From assembly GCA_965661345.1 (NCBI GenBank), contig CBFIDK010000001.1:266543-330542 (forward strand): a stretch of 64,000 nt of DNA. Reading direction: 5' to 3'. Source of the stretch: Flavobacteriales bacterium. Lineage in GTDB: Bacteria > Bacteroidota > Bacteroidia > Flavobacteriales > UBA7312. The notes beneath the pieces were generated by a model. It searched no databases. It worked only from the letters and a program-made list of their open reading frames with translations, and was not told the DNA's origin. A program made the position numbers and the translations under genes. This document shows positions 61,530-64,000 of this stretch, in pieces; positions within the stretch are counted from its first letter, which is position 1, and the number at the start of each line of letters is the position of its first letter.

Positions 61530-61546
61530 TTTAGAATTAATCTAAA
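61530..61546. promoter_or_regulatory. Palindromic operator upstream of feoA, probable iron-responsive repressor site
   Basis: TTTAGA-ATTAA-TCTAAA, perfect 6-5-6 inverted repeat 16 nt upstream of the feoA ATG. Confidence 0.65.
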
Positions 61547-61552
61547 AACAAA

Positions 61553-61693
61553 TTAGATGTGTTTTTCTGTTGGTTCATTAGCCTTCGAAAAGCTAGGGCA
61601 ATCGCAGTCTTCTTTTAAAATACTACAAGAGGACAGACTCATGAGAAAGAAAGAAAATAATAGAAGAAAAAATAAATTTTTCGTTTTTTTCAT
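61553..61693 (-). CDS. Putative 46-aa lipoprotein with CDCP motif (not in ORF track)
   Basis: MKKTKNLFFLLLFSFFLMSLSSC|SILKEDCDCPSFSKANEPTEKHI-stop; SPII signal with LSSC lipobox; own -7 element TATTTTTG at 61715-61722 (- strand). Confidence 0.75.
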   Translation of the reverse strand: MKKTKNLFFLLLFSFFLMSLSSCSILKEDCDCPSFSKANEPTEKHI

Positions 61694-61757
61694 AATCTAA
61701 TATATTACTATTTTCAAAAATACTATATGCTTTTAAGATTGAGGCAATAAATATTAT

Positions 61758-61765
61758 TATTTTTG
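61758..61765 (+). promoter_or_regulatory. -7 element (TATTTTTG) for mlaE-mlaF
   Basis: Exact match 6 nt before ATG 61772. Confidence 0.55.
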
Positions 61766-61771
61766 AAGAAT

Positions 61772-62515
61772 ATGATACAAGGTCTAATAATGTTTGGCAA
61801 ATATCTTTCTCTGTTGGGTAATGTGTTTAGCCGACCTGAAAACAAAAAGGTATATTTTAGAAGGGTTTTAGATGAAATGGTCAAATTAGGAGTTAATTCT
61901 TTGACTATTGTGTCTATTATATCGTTGTTCATGGGGGCTGTTGTTACAATTCAAACTGGCCTGCAATTGAGCAATCCTTTTATCCCTAAGTATCTGATTG
62001 GCTTTGCTACTAGAGAGTCCTTAATTCTAGAGTTTTCACCCACTATGATTGCCTTAATATTAGCTGGAAAAGTAGGGTCAAGCATAGCTTCTGAAATTGG
62101 TACAATGAGAGTTTCAGAACAAATTGATGCTCTCGAGATTATGGGAATAAATTCTTCTGCCTTTATCATACAACCTAAAATTATTGCATCTGTTTTATTT
62201 TTCCCCATTTTGGTAATTATAAGCATGGCAATCGGGATGTTTGGGGGCTTTTTAGCCGCAACTCTCGGAGGTATTATCAGTAAGGCAGAGTTTCTGCAAG
62301 GTTTACTCTATTGGTTTCAGCCTTTTTATGTGCTTTATGCTTTAGTAAAAACTGTATTTTTTGCTTTTACCATCTCTTCGGTATCATCTTTCTTTGGGTA
62401 CTATACAGATGGTGGTGCTATTGCAGTTGGAAAGTCTAGTACCAAAGCGGTTGTTTACAGTTGTATTGTCATTTTAATTGTCAATTTCATAATCACTCAA
62501 CTTATGCTATCATGA
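61772..62515 (+). CDS. mlaE: MlaE family lipid-asymmetry ABC transporter permease
   Basis: E..PT..ALILAGKVGS.IASEIGTMRVSEQIDALEIMG, GGA..VGK.ST.AVV. Confidence 0.92.
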   Translation: MIQGLIMFGKYLSLLGNVFSRPENKKVYFRRVLDEMVKLGVNSLTIVSIISLFMGAVVTIQTGLQLSNPFIPKYLIGFATRESLILEFSPTMIALILAGKVGSSIASEIGTMRVSEQIDALEIMGINSSAFIIQPKIIASVLFFPILVIISMAIGMFGGFLAATLGGIISKAEFLQGLLYWFQPFYVLYALVKTVFFAFTISSVSSFFGYYTDGGAIAVGKSSTKAVVYSCIVILIVNFIITQLMLS

Positions 62516-63258
62516 TAAATGTTGAGAAAATAAATAAATCATTTGGCAGCAAGCATGTCTTACAAGATGTTTCATTCTCATTTGAAGCGGGTAAAACTAA
62601 CTTGGTAATTGGCGCGAGTGGTTCAGGAAAAACGACACTTATAAAGTGCATGGTTGGTTTGCATACGCCCGATTCTGGAAAAATTATTTTTGATGGCGCT
62701 TCTTTTAATGATTTAGAGAAAAAAGATAAAAGAGAACTCAGACAACAAATAGGAATGCTATTTCAAGGTGGCGCCTTATTTGATTACCTTACCGTAGAAC
62801 AAAACATTGCTTTTCCTTTAAATATGTTTACCACCATGAGTGAGGAAGAAAAGAGAGACAGGGTAAACTTTTGTTTGAATAGAGTGAACCTCAATAATGT
62901 AAATGATTTATTTCCTGCTGAACTAAGTGGAGGAATGATTAAGCGTGTGGCTATTGCTAGGGCAATTTCGATGAATCCAAAATATTTGTTTTGTGATGAG
63001 CCAAACTCAGGTTTAGATCCTCAAACGTCCATAATCATTGATAACCTTATTCATGAGATTACTCTAGAATATAATATTACAACAGTTGTTAACACACACG
63101 ATATGAACTCTGTTGTGGAGATAGGCGACAACATTGCCTTTATCAGCCAAGGTAAATTGGCTTGGCAAGGCAATAAAGATTCTATAATATCTTCAGATTG
63201 CAAAGAACTCAATGATTTTGTTTTTGCATCCCAACTCTTTAAAAAACTAAAGCAATAA
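62512..63258 (+). CDS. mlaF: MlaF family ABC transporter ATP-binding protein
   Basis: GASGSGKT, MLFQGGALFD, LSGGMIKRVAIARA, DEPNSGLDP; ATGA overlap with mlaE. Confidence 0.92.
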   Translation: MINVEKINKSFGSKHVLQDVSFSFEAGKTNLVIGASGSGKTTLIKCMVGLHTPDSGKIIFDGASFNDLEKKDKRELRQQIGMLFQGGALFDYLTVEQNIAFPLNMFTTMSEEEKRDRVNFCLNRVNLNNVNDLFPAELSGGMIKRVAIARAISMNPKYLFCDEPNSGLDPQTSIIIDNLIHEITLEYNITTVVNTHDMNSVVEIGDNIAFISQGKLAWQGNKDSIISSDCKELNDFVFASQLFKKLKQ

Positions 63259-63287
63259 AAAAGACCAGCCTTGGCTGGTCTTTTTTT
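63257..63287. terminator. Bidirectional intrinsic terminator between convergent mlaF and T9SS gene
   Basis: AAAAAAGACCAGC-CTTG-GCTGGTCTTTTTTT. Confidence 0.92.
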
Positions 63288-63306
63288 ATTTTGAGTGTAT
63301 CCAAAT

Positions 63307-63999
63307 TTATTGGATAACTATTTTTTTACTTGAAGACAGATTATTCTCGCTTTCAACATTTATAATATAAATACCTCTGTCTAAGTGTGATAAATTCATT
63401 TTTATAGTGCTTTCTGACTTGTCTTCACTATATACAATTTGTCCCAGAACATTTCTTACTTCAACGGTTAGCTTTGTTGATTTTGTTGCCGGAACATTTA
63501 TGCTAAATTCTCCATTATTCGGGTTAGGATAAATTGAGAACTCTAGAGCCTTCTCTTCTTTTATGCCAATTGGTCCAGGAACATCAGGGTCTAAATTCAT
63601 TCTTACCATTGGGACAGATAAGTATATTCCGTCTTGTGGAGCTGTACCAGTTGAGCCAGCATACCCATTGTGTATACGCCATCCATAACTTCCATTAATT
63701 GCGCTGGAAACACCAATTCTAGTAGTGTCAGAGGTTAATCCGTTTCCGCCAATTGTAACTAAATATTCATTATTAGCTTCTAATGGAACAGGTGCAGCAA
63801 ATTTTACACTTTGCCAACTTCCCACAGAATTGATGCTTAGCTCATTTGATTCGTAAAGGAAGTTAGCGATTCCGTCATTTATGCTGTAAACCTTAGCTTG
63901 AAGCTTACCATTGGCATCACTATTATCTGCAATATATACGTCAACCGCATATAAAGTTGTACTTTCCTTAATATCAAAAGAGTTTCCATGTTCAACAGT
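63307..63999 (-). CDS. T9SS type A sorting-domain protein, C-terminal part only (5' end outside window)
   Basis: Frame is open from the window edge (...TVEHGNSFDIKESTTLYAVDVYI...) to FSIYPNPNNGEF...VRNVLGQIVY...GIYIINV...SKKIVIQ. Confidence 0.88.
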   Translation of the reverse strand, partial: TVEHGNSFDIKESTTLYAVDVYIADNSDANGKLQAKVYSINDGIANFLYESNELSINSVGSWQSVKFAAPVPLEANNEYLVTIGGNGLTSDTTRIGVSSAINGSYGWRIHNGYAGSTGTAPQDGIYLSVPMVRMNLDPDVPGPIGIKEEKALEFSIYPNPNNGEFSINVPATKSTKLTVEVRNVLGQIVYSEDKSESTIKMNLSHLDRGIYIINVESENNLSSSKKIVIQ

Positions 64000-64000
64000 T

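Noticed and set aside
3548-61932. Many 60-140-aa ORFs in the track overlapping larger genes (e.g. 3548-3790, 6048-6242, 11456-11912, 14872-15234, 29924-30241, 31043-31405, 44667-45241, 47867-48955, 60168-61076, 61723-62226)
   Set aside because: Antisense or off-frame shadows of well-supported genes, with no recognisable motifs.
1-64000. Mobile elements, prophage, CRISPR arrays, defence systems, rRNA/tRNA
   Set aside because: No transposase, integrase, phage or Cas motifs, no regularly spaced repeats, no cloverleaf or rRNA-like sequence and no obvious composition shift seen by eye; tRNAscan-SE and Infernal would confirm.

Overview
A 64-kb, AT-rich (about one-third GC by eye), very compact piece of a Bacteroidota chromosome, probably a free-living aquatic Flavobacteriales. 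The evidence is gld genes, T9SS cargo, TAnnTTTG -7 promoters and no Shine-Dalgarno motifs. Most of it is housekeeping: tyrS, pyrC, trmB, nadE, engB, the mraZ-ftsZ dcw cluster, ssb, mutY, HU, an Rne/Rng RNase, prfB, fumC, feoAB, mlaEF and a mrp-nifU-korAB operon. I saw no rRNA, tRNA, CRISPR, integrase or transposase. The most interesting part is a phosphate-starvation locus (9.9-18.5 kb): phoBR, a porin, pstSCAB-phoU, and an unannotated unit made of a 28-aa hydrophobic small ORF plus a divergent PiT-fold transporter. Three of its promoter regions carry the same 11-bp-periodic TT(A/T)ACA repeat, a likely Pho box. Other items: a COG4337-type (iota-class, metal-free) carbonic anhydrase homologue, and a prfB whose programmed frameshift site is replaced by in-frame sense codons. 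Four small ORFs are missing from the ORF track: the Pho-linked peptide, ribosomal protein bS22, a 48-aa membrane peptide divergent from fumC, and a CDCP lipoprotein leading into feoAB. Many -7 promoter elements sit only 4-8 nt from start codons, which suggests leaderless mRNAs. All product calls come from motif recognition, not database searches.
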